From Candidatus Yanofskybacteria bacterium (GTDB lineage Bacteria > Patescibacteriota > Minisyncoccia > 2-02-FULL-40-12 > GWA2-44-9): a stretch of DNA of 64,000 nucleotides. Under the pieces are notes generated by a model, which made no database searches, was not told where the DNA came from, and was given only the letters and a program-made list of their open reading frames with translations. The stretch covers positions 1,011-65,010 of the forward strand of contig PLYL01000005.1 of NCBI GenBank assembly GCA_003151795.1, read 5' to 3'. The stretch's first letter is position 1; the number at the start of each line of letters is the position of its first letter. Shown here in pieces: positions 36,678-45,501 of the stretch. A program made the translations under genes and the position numbers.

Positions 36678-37991
36678 ATGAAGCGTCAACCCCGTAATAC
36701 AACTTCGATTAGCTCGGCCAAAGCCGAGCATGTTCGGTCAAAAATCGGAGTTGATATACGGGGTCAAGATACTCAAAAAACTGTCTATGTCGGCATGTCC
36801 CCGAAGCAATCGCTGCGCGATGCTACGGGGCAGGCGCGCGGAGTTAAGTCTGCGGTTGTTTATGTTGGTATGTCCGGGGGTGTAGATTCTTCCGTGGCCG
36901 CGGCCTTGCTGAAGAAGCAGGAATTTAAGGTGGTCGGGGTTTTTATGAAACCGTGGCAACCAGGCGAAGGAACAATGAGCAATGAACAAGGAACAAAAAA
37001 AAGAGTTTCAGGGGTACCTGCTCATGGTTCATTGTTCAATGATCATTGTCTCTGGAAGCAAGACCGCGAAGATGCGATGCGCTCGGCCGTGGCCATCGGG
37101 ATTCCATTGCTGACTTGGGATTTTTCCAAAGAATATAAAAAGTTAGTGACGGATTATATGATTCGCGAGTACAAAGCCGGTCGGACGCCGAATCCCGACG
37201 TGATGTGCAATAAAGAAATTAAATTCGGATTATTTTTGAAACGCGCTTTGAAAGAAGGGGCGGATTTCATCGCGACGGGACACTACGTGCGTTTAAGAAA
37301 CAATGAACAGGGAGCAATGAACAGGAAACATGTTCATTGCTCCCTGTTCATTGCTCATGATTTAAATAAAGACCAGTCTTATTTTTTGTGGACGCTGACG
37401 CAAGAGCAATTAAAATATTGTCTATTTCCGGTTGGAGAGTATATCAAGCCCGAAGTCCGGAAGCTGGCCAAGAAATTTAAACTGCCGAATCACGCCAAAA
37501 AAGACAGCCAGGGCGTGTGCTTCATTGGGCCGTTAGATATGAAAGAATTTTTACTCACGTATATCAAACCCAGGAAAGGCAGGATCATTTTAATGAGTGG
37601 GCAAGGAAACCTGCCTGCCGGCAGGCAGGTTGGGACTCACGACGGCGTCTATTATTACACTATTGGCCAACGCCACGGACTGGACATCAAAGACGGCGGC
37701 GGGCCATACTATGTCGTCGCCAAAGATATCAAGAAAAATATTATCTATGTCGGTACCGATGCTCAAGCCGTTACGCAAAATACCAAAGTTGAAGAATTTA
37801 ATTGGCTAAATCGGCCATCTTTGCCAACACGTCTGGATGTCAAAGTCCGTTACCGGACGAAGTCGGTTAAAGCTGTACTGGATAAAAAAGGCGTTTTAAA
37901 ATTTGAAAAACCGGAGCGCGCCGTTACCTCCGGCCAGTCCGCAGTTTTCTATCGGGGGAAAGAATTGCTTGGCGGCGGGATTATTGTATGA
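36678..37991 (+). CDS. mnmA: tRNA 2-thiouridylase MnmA, with three in-frame palindromic insertions and an N-terminal extension
   Basis: PP-loop SGGVDSS, Cys motifs, and C-terminal GQRHGLDI...GGG. About 70 aa longer than typical MnmA. The true start may be internal (MSPKQ / VVYVGMSGG). Confidence 0.8.
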   Translation: MKRQPRNTTSISSAKAEHVRSKIGVDIRGQDTQKTVYVGMSPKQSLRDATGQARGVKSAVVYVGMSGGVDSSVAAALLKKQEFKVVGVFMKPWQPGEGTMSNEQGTKKRVSGVPAHGSLFNDHCLWKQDREDAMRSAVAIGIPLLTWDFSKEYKKLVTDYMIREYKAGRTPNPDVMCNKEIKFGLFLKRALKEGADFIATGHYVRLRNNEQGAMNRKHVHCSLFIAHDLNKDQSYFLWTLTQEQLKYCLFPVGEYIKPEVRKLAKKFKLPNHAKKDSQGVCFIGPLDMKEFLLTYIKPRKGRIILMSGQGNLPAGRQVGTHDGVYYYTIGQRHGLDIKDGGGPYYVVAKDIKKNIIYVGTDAQAVTQNTKVEEFNWLNRPSLPTRLDVKVRYRTKSVKAVLDKKGVLKFEKPERAVTSGQSAVFYRGKELLGGGIIV

Positions 37992-38064
37992 TAGGTTTTT
38001 CGTATCGTACTTTGTTTGGAGGTGCAAATTGGCGAATCATTACGGCGGAAACAAAGCGCGGTCT

Positions 38065-38349
38065 ATGGGATCAGAACAGGAGTACACGCATTGTTACGAA
38101 GTTCTTGAGCAGTTCATCGGGTCTGTAAGGCTCAATCCGAACCAGACCATCACAGATCTTCGTCAGCGGTTGAGATTGAGGCTCAAACGGGAGAGAGACG
38201 AAAAAAGAGTGGGTTGGATCGTCATCGCCTACGGCGCCCTGACCCTGCTCATCGATTCCGGAATGCTTGCGGTCTCTGCGACAGTGGAACAGCTCGAGGA
38301 ACTTCTCAAGTGGGTGACAATGTTACCCGCTTCTGATTTCATGCATTAA
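38065..38349 (+). CDS. Hypothetical small protein (95 aa)
   Basis: ORF downstream of mnmA. No recognisable domain. Start assignment uncertain. Confidence 0.3.
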   Translation: MGSEQEYTHCYEVLEQFIGSVRLNPNQTITDLRQRLRLRLKRERDEKRVGWIVIAYGALTLLIDSGMLAVSATVEQLEELLKWVTMLPASDFMH

Positions 38350-39935
38350 CTGCCGTTCAGCGTCAAACCACTAAGCAGGCTCGTGCCGGTCATCTCGACT
38401 GGCACGAGCATTTTTAATAATTCCAAAATCGTCGGGGCGACATCGGCGAGGAGGCCGTCGGCTTGAGCAAGAGATTTATTTAGTTCATCAATAGTGCGCG
38501 GACGGGCGTATTCGCGGCCGATTAAATAAAACGGTACGGGATTATCATCGTGCTTGGTCTCTTGGGCGCCCGTGTTTTTATAGATCATCGATTCGACATT
38601 GCCGTGATCGGCGGTGATGAGCATAATCCCGTCTTTGGCTAAAACTTTTTCTTTAATCACGCCTAGAGCGGTATCGACAGCGCGCACACCTTGCGTTGCG
38701 GCTTCCAAATTTCCAAGATGGGCGAGGATATCGCCGTTCGCGATATTGATAACATAAAAATCATAGCCATTGCGGTCTAGTTCGGTTACAACCTTGTCTG
38801 CAATATCCCTGGCCCGCATTTCCGGATGTTCTATCGGATTCTCAAGCGAGTCAATAAAGAAATCGGTTTCGCCCTCATAGGGTGCGTTGCGCAGGCCGTT
38901 GAAAAAGAAGGTCACATGGGCGTATTTTTCGGTTTCGGCGATATGGAGATGTTTTTTACTATCCGCGCTTAACACCTCGGATAAGCAATGATCAATCGGC
39001 GGGGGTGGAAACAACACATGCAGAAGCGGAGAGTCGCTATAGCGCGTCATCGAAGCGAGATAGAGATTAGCGGGAAGCACGCGGGGAAACTTATCAAATG
39101 ATTCATCGGTGAAGGCTTGGACGAGCTGGCGCATTGAATCTTCCCGGAAATTAAAGAACACAATCGCGTCGCCTGCCTTCACTAAATCTTCGGCGGGCAA
39201 GCCCTCTTTGTTTATCATGACCGTCGACGGGATTCCGCCATCGTGGATATCTTGGACATAGTAGCCTTCTAGTGTCTTAAAAATATCATCGCTCGGCGTG
39301 CCTGTACCTTGGGTGAGCAGATTAAACGCAATTTCGGTCTTTTGCCAATTATTATTGCGGTCCATGGCGAAGTCTCGGCCGATTAATGTCGCGAGGTGGT
39401 CCAGCCCGCCGATTTGACCGGAGAGTTTTTTAAGGGTATCGCCTGCTTCCTTGAGCCCGGAATCCCGCCCGTCGGTGAAGAGGTGGATTTTATAAGGCGC
39501 ATTGCTGTCCTTGGCAAACTTTACCAAAGCAATGAGATGATTGAAGTGAGCGTGCACCGCCCCGGAAGTTAAAAGCCCCACAATATGAAGCGTGCCCGCC
39601 TGTCCGGTAGGCAGGGAATTATTAGTCTGGATATGATGGACCGCTTCTTCCAGGGCCGGATTTTTAAAAAATTCTCCGGTACCGATAGCTTTATTAATTC
39701 GGGTCAAGTATTGGAAAATAATCCGGCCGGCGCCGAGGGTTAAATGGCCAACCTCGCTATTACCCGATTCGCCAAAAGTCATCCCCACCGCCGGCCCGGA
39801 AGCTTGCAGAAGCATCGACGGATAGTTCTGAAAAATTTCATCCAAAACCGGCGTCCCCGCGCCGGCAATCGCATTGCCATTTATGTTCTTGGAATATCCC
39901 CAGCCATCCAAAATTGTCAGCACGATTGGCCGCAT
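38346..39935 (-). CDS. gpmI: 2,3-bisphosphoglycerate-independent phosphoglycerate mutase
   Basis: MRPIVLTILDGWGYS N-terminus, the metal-binding TADHGN motif, and about 530-aa length. Confidence 0.85.
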   Translation of the reverse strand: MRPIVLTILDGWGYSKNINGNAIAGAGTPVLDEIFQNYPSMLLQASGPAVGMTFGESGNSEVGHLTLGAGRIIFQYLTRINKAIGTGEFFKNPALEEAVHHIQTNNSLPTGQAGTLHIVGLLTSGAVHAHFNHLIALVKFAKDSNAPYKIHLFTDGRDSGLKEAGDTLKKLSGQIGGLDHLATLIGRDFAMDRNNNWQKTEIAFNLLTQGTGTPSDDIFKTLEGYYVQDIHDGGIPSTVMINKEGLPAEDLVKAGDAIVFFNFREDSMRQLVQAFTDESFDKFPRVLPANLYLASMTRYSDSPLLHVLFPPPPIDHCLSEVLSADSKKHLHIAETEKYAHVTFFFNGLRNAPYEGETDFFIDSLENPIEHPEMRARDIADKVVTELDRNGYDFYVINIANGDILAHLGNLEAATQGVRAVDTALGVIKEKVLAKDGIMLITADHGNVESMIYKNTGAQETKHDDNPVPFYLIGREYARPRTIDELNKSLAQADGLLADVAPTILELLKMLVPVEMTGTSLLSGLTLNGS

Positions 39936-39984
39936 GAGTAGAGTATATCAAGAGCTTGGCTTCATGCCCAGCTCGACCGATAAT

Positions 39985-40007
39985 CAACCTGCTCCTGCGG
40001 CAGGTTG
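39985..40007. repeat. Hairpin CAACCTGC-tcctgcg-GCAGGTTG
   Basis: Perfect 8-bp stem. It shares the AACCTGC...GCAGGTT core with the 24-nt palindrome inside mnmA (37608-37631). Confidence 0.5.
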
Positions 40008-40452
40008 CCATCTAGATGCTCGCCCCTTCACCACATAATCTCCAACCATGTCCACACGCATTGTGTCGCGTAGCCTAAATGTGGCTATCCGATGTGATGC
40101 GTTTTTCGTTTTAATTTAAAAAATAAGCGAAGCCTTTGTAATTTTATTCAATCTGCACAATCGGTTGTCAGCTCAGCATTTTTGACGCTATTTCTCTGGG
40201 TGCCGGCCCGAGGATGCCCGAAACGGCTGAAAGCCGCATGGTCGGGCAGGAGTTGCTTCGGACGGCCAGAGAAATTAGGAGAAAATGCTAGAGCTGGCCC
40301 GAGCGGAAGCCTGAAGAAAATTATAAAGGCGGAGCGCCTGTTCATAATAAGGTTTGCTAAAAAAGACCTTTTTCTGTATACTCGGGATAACCTTCCTTTA
40401 ATATTAGCTAGAAAAATCAACACAAATATGGTCTTTCTAACTTTACACAACA

Positions 40453-41985
40453 ATGACAATAGTGCTTTCCACGCTGACCGCGGGGGTTTTGGGCGTGATA
40501 TTCGGCGGGCTGATTGGCTACTTCTCGCGCCAATTCCTCGCTTCTAAAAAGGCCACCAACGCCGAGTCTCGGGCTCAACAAATTCTCAATGACGGCAAGT
40601 CGCAGGCCCAGGACATTGTTCTTGAAGCCAAGAATACCGCCTTAAAGACCCTCGAAGAATCAAAGAAAGAAGAAAAAGAGCGCACGGCTCAACTTTCGCG
40701 TATTGAAAATTTACTCACGCGCAAAGAAGACGAGCTCGAACAAAAGGCCAAAGAATTAGGCCAAGAAAAAGACCAGCTCAAATCAAAGGCGACTGAAATC
40801 GTGGCCTTGAAGACGCAAGTCGAAGAAACCCACGTTCGCCAGATTGTGGAGCTCGAGCGCATTGCCGGTTTAAATCGCGAGACCGCCAAAACGGAATTAA
40901 TTACCAAAATTGAAGAAGACTCAAAAGACGAGCTCTATCGCAAGATGCACAAGCTCGACGTGGATAATAAGGACGAAATTGAAAAGAAAGCCCGCGAAAT
41001 TGTCACGCTCGCGGTTCAGCGTTACGCTGGGTCTCATATTTCTGACTCGATGACCACGGTCGTCAGTCTGCCGTCTGATGAAGTGAAAGGTAAAATTATC
41101 GGCAAAGAAGGCCGGAACATCAAAGCCATTGAACGGCTCACAGGCGTGGATGTGATTATCGATGACACGCCCGAAGCGCTGGTTATCTCCGGTTTTGATC
41201 CCGTGCGCCGGCAGATTGCTCGCATCGCCATCGAGAAACTTATCGCCGATGGCCGGATTCATCCCGCTAAAATCGAAGAAGAAGTGGAAAAAGCCAAAGA
41301 CGAGATGAATGATAAAATCCGCGAAGCCGGCGAGGCGGCCTTGTTTGAAACCGGCGTCGGCCCCGTTGATCCTAAATTGACGCATTTATTGGGTCGGTTA
41401 GCTTTTCGAACTAGTTTTGGGCAGAATGTTTTATTCCATTCCGTTGAGATGACTCATATCGCCGGCATGCTCGCTTCCGAGCTGGGCGCGGACGTCTCGC
41501 TCGCCAAGAAAGGCGCCCTGTTTCATGACATCGGCAAAGCCCTGGATCACGAAGTGCAGGGGACGCATGTCGAAATCGGCCGGAAGGTTCTCCAGAAATT
41601 CAACATGGACCCGCGCGTGATTCAAGCCATGGAAGCGCATCATGATGAGTATCCATACGCGATTCTGGAAGCCCGCATCGTTCAAGCCGCCGATGCCATC
41701 TCGGGCGCCCGGCCCGGCGCTCGTCGCGATACGGCCGAAATCTACTTGAAACGTCTTGAAGATCTAGAGCGCATCGCCAAGAGCTTTGAAGGCGTCGAGA
41801 AGTCATACGCCATTCAAGCTGGCCGAGAATTGCGTATCTTCGTCACTCCGACAAAAATTGACGATTTAGGCGCCATCAAGCTTGCCAAAGACATCGCCAA
41901 GAAAATAGAAGAAGAAATGAAATACCCCGGCGAAATCCGCGTGAATGTTATCCGGGAGACGAGGGCTCTTGAATACGCGAGATAA
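40453..41985 (+). CDS. rny: Ribonuclease Y
   Basis: N-terminal TM, coiled coil, KH domain (GKIIGKEGRNIKAIE), HD domain (LFHDIGK...H..D). Confidence 0.85.
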   Translation: MTIVLSTLTAGVLGVIFGGLIGYFSRQFLASKKATNAESRAQQILNDGKSQAQDIVLEAKNTALKTLEESKKEEKERTAQLSRIENLLTRKEDELEQKAKELGQEKDQLKSKATEIVALKTQVEETHVRQIVELERIAGLNRETAKTELITKIEEDSKDELYRKMHKLDVDNKDEIEKKAREIVTLAVQRYAGSHISDSMTTVVSLPSDEVKGKIIGKEGRNIKAIERLTGVDVIIDDTPEALVISGFDPVRRQIARIAIEKLIADGRIHPAKIEEEVEKAKDEMNDKIREAGEAALFETGVGPVDPKLTHLLGRLAFRTSFGQNVLFHSVEMTHIAGMLASELGADVSLAKKGALFHDIGKALDHEVQGTHVEIGRKVLQKFNMDPRVIQAMEAHHDEYPYAILEARIVQAADAISGARPGARRDTAEIYLKRLEDLERIAKSFEGVEKSYAIQAGRELRIFVTPTKIDDLGAIKLAKDIAKKIEEEMKYPGEIRVNVIRETRALEYAR

Positions 41986-42168
41986 TCGCTTGGGCCAGCC
42001 CCTACTGACCCGCGTTAAAAGTCTGCTGACTTTTCCGCTCTGCTCTCGGCTATCCGCCTGCGACGGTCGTTAGTGGCTGGTCCTTCGCTTAGTTATTTTA
42101 TTAAAAACAAGACCCGCGAGCGCGCGGGGCTTGTTAGCCGGGCGGCTTCGCGGGTGGCCTGGGAGTCT

Positions 42169-42687
42169 TTACGATCGGATCAGATGTGCTAGAGGTTTGA
42201 AGGCTTTTTCCTCAGCCTCTCTTCTCTGCTTTTCTTCACGTGATTTCTGTCGAAATCTTGTGAGCGCAGCGGGAATGTCGTTGAGGATGGTCTGTGCCCT
42301 GCGGACTTCAATGAAGAGTTCAACCATGGCCTCGGCATTGTCGCGGGAAATTGGCTGGTTGTTGATTGAGCCGGAGACGATTGCACCATTGCTTCTGGGC
42401 TGCTCTCTGGGGGAGAGGTTCAGAAGTACCCGGTTTCCTTCGACCACTCCGCTCAGCGCGATGCGGTCGCCGTGGCCTTGGCTGATGTCTACTTCTTCAA
42501 GCGACACGATGTCGTCCCATGTTTCGACGGACATGCGTCTTTTGAGACCGTAGAGTCCTTGGATACTTCCTCCAGGAGATTCCTTGCGGATGACCTCCTC
42601 GAGAATACCAGGAATTCCAGGTTTTCTTCCTATCAGGAACTCAAGGAAGTCTATTGCATACTGTTCTCCAATCACATCCTTTGCCAT
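42169..42687 (-). CDS. Hypothetical protein (172 aa)
   Basis: Good SD (aaggtgagg) upstream on the minus strand. No recognisable domain. Confidence 0.45.
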   Translation of the reverse strand: MAKDVIGEQYAIDFLEFLIGRKPGIPGILEEVIRKESPGGSIQGLYGLKRRMSVETWDDIVSLEEVDISQGHGDRIALSGVVEGNRVLLNLSPREQPRSNGAIVSGSINNQPISRDNAEAMVELFIEVRRAQTILNDIPAALTRFRQKSREEKQRREAEEKAFKPLAHLIRS

Positions 42688-42889
42688 AATTCCTCACCTT
42701 CTTAATGAGTAATATACCCCAATTGATTTATAAAGTCAATGTTAGTAATATCAGAGGTTTTCCACAGGGGTATTGCAATTTTGGCGGAAAACCTGGAGAA
42801 TTAGAAAGCGGAGTTTAAATAGCTTAGGAAAACAATAGTTTCTGGTCGATACTATTGCCAGTAAAATCAATTAAATACAGCAAAATACT

Positions 42890-43180
42890 ATGGCAAATAC
42901 AGCAATGAAGAAGAGTCAGTTAGGCGCGGCACTCGGCGAAAAAATGGCTCTTTCCAAGAAGCAAGGTATGGAAATTATCGACGCTTTCGTGGAAATTGTG
43001 ACCGCGGAAATGCGTAAGGGCAACAAGGTCAACATCACCGGTTTTGGCATTTTCAAGGTTTCCGATCGCAAAGCTCGCGAAGGACGCAATCCTCGCACCG
43101 GCGAAACAATCCACATCAAAGCTTCGAAGAAACCTCGATTCACGCCGGGCAAGCTTTTGAAAGAAGCTATCGCTTCTTAA
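42890..43180 (+). CDS. hup: DNA-binding protein HU
   Basis: MEIIDAFVEIVTAEMRKGNKVNITGFGIFKV...RNPRTGE is a canonical HU/IHF fold sequence. Confidence 0.85.
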   Translation: MANTAMKKSQLGAALGEKMALSKKQGMEIIDAFVEIVTAEMRKGNKVNITGFGIFKVSDRKAREGRNPRTGETIHIKASKKPRFTPGKLLKEAIAS

Positions 43181-43213
43181 TCAGTTGACGTATCGGATCC
43201 GATATATCAATTC

Positions 43214-43238
43214 AAAAACCGCGTAGCACGCGGTTTTT
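43214..43238. terminator. Bidirectional intrinsic terminator (aaaaaccgcg-tagca-cgcggttttt)
   Basis: Hairpin flanked by A-run and T-run between the convergent hup and rarA genes. Confidence 0.7.
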
Positions 43239-43241
43239 GAA

Positions 43242-44378
43242 TTATTCTTTGAGATATTTCTTGTCTTTCAATTTTTCGGGCAAGAGGTCTTCTTTGGGAT
43301 AGCGAGTGTAGCCTTTGCCATAATCCAATTCTTTCATGAGTTTGGTAACGGGGTTGCGAATCATCAAGGGAATGGGCAAGTTGCCGTATTTTTTCACGTC
43401 GGCGAGGGCTTCCTGATAGGCTTCATATGATCTTTTGCCTTTTGGACATTTACAAAGATAGGCGACGCCATGGGCGAGATTGATGCCGGCTTCGGGCATG
43501 CCGATGGCGTCGACGGCCTGAAAGACGGCGTTGGCGAGGACGAGGGCTTGCGGGTCTTTTAATCCAATATCTTCTGACGCGAAGATAACCATGCGGCGGG
43601 CGATAAATTTCGGATCTTCGCCGGCTTCGACCATCCGGGCGAGATAATAGAGGGCGGCGTCGGGCTGGCTGGCGCGCATGCTTTTGATGAACGCACTGAT
43701 GGTGTTGTAATGCTCTTCGCCCTTTTTGTCGTAGCGGAGAAATTTAGACTGAAGGGTATTTTTTAAATTTTCAATAGTGATGGCGCCGTAGAGCCGATTG
43801 GTATTTTCCAACATCGTAATGGCTTGGCGGGCATCGCCGCCGGCCATCGAGATGAGCCAGTCGCCGGCGTCTTTCGGAATTTTGAATCCCGTGCGTTTGA
43901 GAATCGCGCACATATCTTCCTCATTGAGTTCTTCTAAAACAAAGACTCGACAGCGGGAAAGGAGGGCGGGGATGACTTCAAAACTGGGATTCTCGGTCGT
44001 GGCGCCGATGAGCGTGAGCTTGCCGGATTCCACGAAGGGTAGAAGATAATCCTGCTGGGCTTTATTGAAGCGGTGAATCTCGTCGAGAAAGAGAATTTTA
44101 GGCCCGAATAGCCCCTCCGCGGACTCGACTATTTTGCGGATATCTTCTTTGCCCGCCGAAACCGCCGACAGTTCGTGATAATCGGCTTTCAGGGCGTTGG
44201 CGTAAATCCGGCCCAGGGTTGTCTTGCCAACTCCCGGCGGTCCCCAGAGAATAAAAGAGAAAAGATGTTTTTTATCGATGGCAATCGCGAGCGGTTTATC
44301 CGGGCCGACCAAATGCCGCTGGCCCATGAATTCGGACAGTTCTTTCGGTCTGATTTGGACGGCAAGAGGTTCTGGCAT
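43242..44378 (-). CDS. rarA: Replication-associated recombination protein RarA/MgsA (AAA+ ATPase)
   Basis: Walker A GPPGVGKTT, Walker B ILFLDEIHRF, sensor motifs; about 380 aa (no N-terminal Zn finger). Confidence 0.8.
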   Translation of the reverse strand: MPEPLAVQIRPKELSEFMGQRHLVGPDKPLAIAIDKKHLFSFILWGPPGVGKTTLGRIYANALKADYHELSAVSAGKEDIRKIVESAEGLFGPKILFLDEIHRFNKAQQDYLLPFVESGKLTLIGATTENPSFEVIPALLSRCRVFVLEELNEEDMCAILKRTGFKIPKDAGDWLISMAGGDARQAITMLENTNRLYGAITIENLKNTLQSKFLRYDKKGEEHYNTISAFIKSMRASQPDAALYYLARMVEAGEDPKFIARRMVIFASEDIGLKDPQALVLANAVFQAVDAIGMPEAGINLAHGVAYLCKCPKGKRSYEAYQEALADVKKYGNLPIPLMIRNPVTKLMKELDYGKGYTRYPKEDLLPEKLKDKKYLKE

Positions 44379-44496
44379 GGCGATAGTATATCAAAGTAAA
44401 AGAAAAATGTATTAAAATAAAGTAGCCTGTTTATATCTTCCATTGCGGAGTTAACTAGGAAGGCTATAATATAGAAAAGGTCTAATAAATACTCAA

Positions 44497-45498
44497 TTGA
44501 AAATACTCAATAAAGTTTCAGTGGCAGTGTTGGTTGTCGCGGTGGTACTTGGTCTGTCTGGGCTAGTTACCGCGCTCGCGGCCACGACGCCCTCGCTGGG
44601 GACTGCATCATCTTATGGCGTTCTTGGCAGTACCTACACCAACGGGTCGGCAACCACAATTAATGGCGATGTCGGATTTACTACCGGCCCGTCCGTGGCG
44701 CCTTTGGGGACACATACCAATTACGGCAGTGGCGCCCCCTATTCTGCCGCCGGCACAGATCAGGCCACCGCTTTAGCTAATCTTAATAGCCAAGCCTGTA
44801 CATTTACTTTCGCGGCCGGAGCCATCGATCTCGCTGCGGATACGACCCATGGTGCGATTGGAGTTTACGCTCCCGGAGTATATTGCGTATCCGGCGCGGC
44901 CTCCATTGGCACAGCCGGGATTGCTCTTAATGGCGCCGGAACATATATCTTTAGAGTCAACGGCGCGCTTACTACCGTCGCCAACTCTGTCGTTACATTG
45001 CCCGGTAGCGCTTCATCCTGCGATGTCTTTTGGACGCCGACTTCGGCGACTACGCTTGGCGCTAACTCTACTTTAAGAGGAACTATCATTGATCCTTCCG
45101 GCATTACTATCGGCAGCACGACGCTGTTGACCGGCCGGGCCTTAGCTTTTGGCGGAACCGTCACGACCGATACGGATACTATTAGCGTGCCGGCGTGCAC
45201 AACTCCAACGGCTACACCCACCCCAACGCCAAGCGCGACGCCTACCCCGACTCCGAGTGTGACTCCGACGCCCACGGCCACACCGAGTGTTACGCCGACC
45301 CCTTCTTCGACCCCAACTCCCACCCCGACACCAAGCGCGACCCCCACCCCCACCCCCACCCCGACCCCTGTTCCTGGGTTGCCGAGTACCGGAATTGGTC
45401 CCGATGATAGCGGTGCTCCATGGAACGTAATAATTCCCGCCGGAATTTTCGTTGCCTTGCTGTCACTTTATTTAGCTCGTAAGAAATTAACGGTTTAG
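44497..45498 (+). CDS. LPXTG-anchored surface protein with Thr/Pro-rich repeats
   Basis: Signal peptide, (TPTPS/ATP) repeats, and a C-terminal sorting signal LPSTG plus hydrophobic segment plus RKK tail. Confidence 0.65.
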   Translation: MKILNKVSVAVLVVAVVLGLSGLVTALAATTPSLGTASSYGVLGSTYTNGSATTINGDVGFTTGPSVAPLGTHTNYGSGAPYSAAGTDQATALANLNSQACTFTFAAGAIDLAADTTHGAIGVYAPGVYCVSGAASIGTAGIALNGAGTYIFRVNGALTTVANSVVTLPGSASSCDVFWTPTSATTLGANSTLRGTIIDPSGITIGSTTLLTGRALAFGGTVTTDTDTISVPACTTPTATPTPTPSATPTPTPSVTPTPTATPSVTPTPSSTPTPTPTPSATPTPTPTPTPVPGLPSTGIGPDDSGAPWNVIIPAGIFVALLSLYLARKKLTV

Positions 45499-45501
45499 TT
45501 T

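Noticed and set aside
40148-40547. ORF-track CDSs 40148..40459 (-) and 40182..40547 (+) in the gpmI/rny intergenic region, and RNase P / SRP RNA identity for this block
   Set aside because: The two ORFs overlap each other on opposite strands, lack SDs and cover a structured GC-rich block. The conserved RNase P (GGAAAGTCCGGGCTCC, ACAGAAACCCGGCTTA) and SRP (GGAAGCAGCC) motifs are absent.
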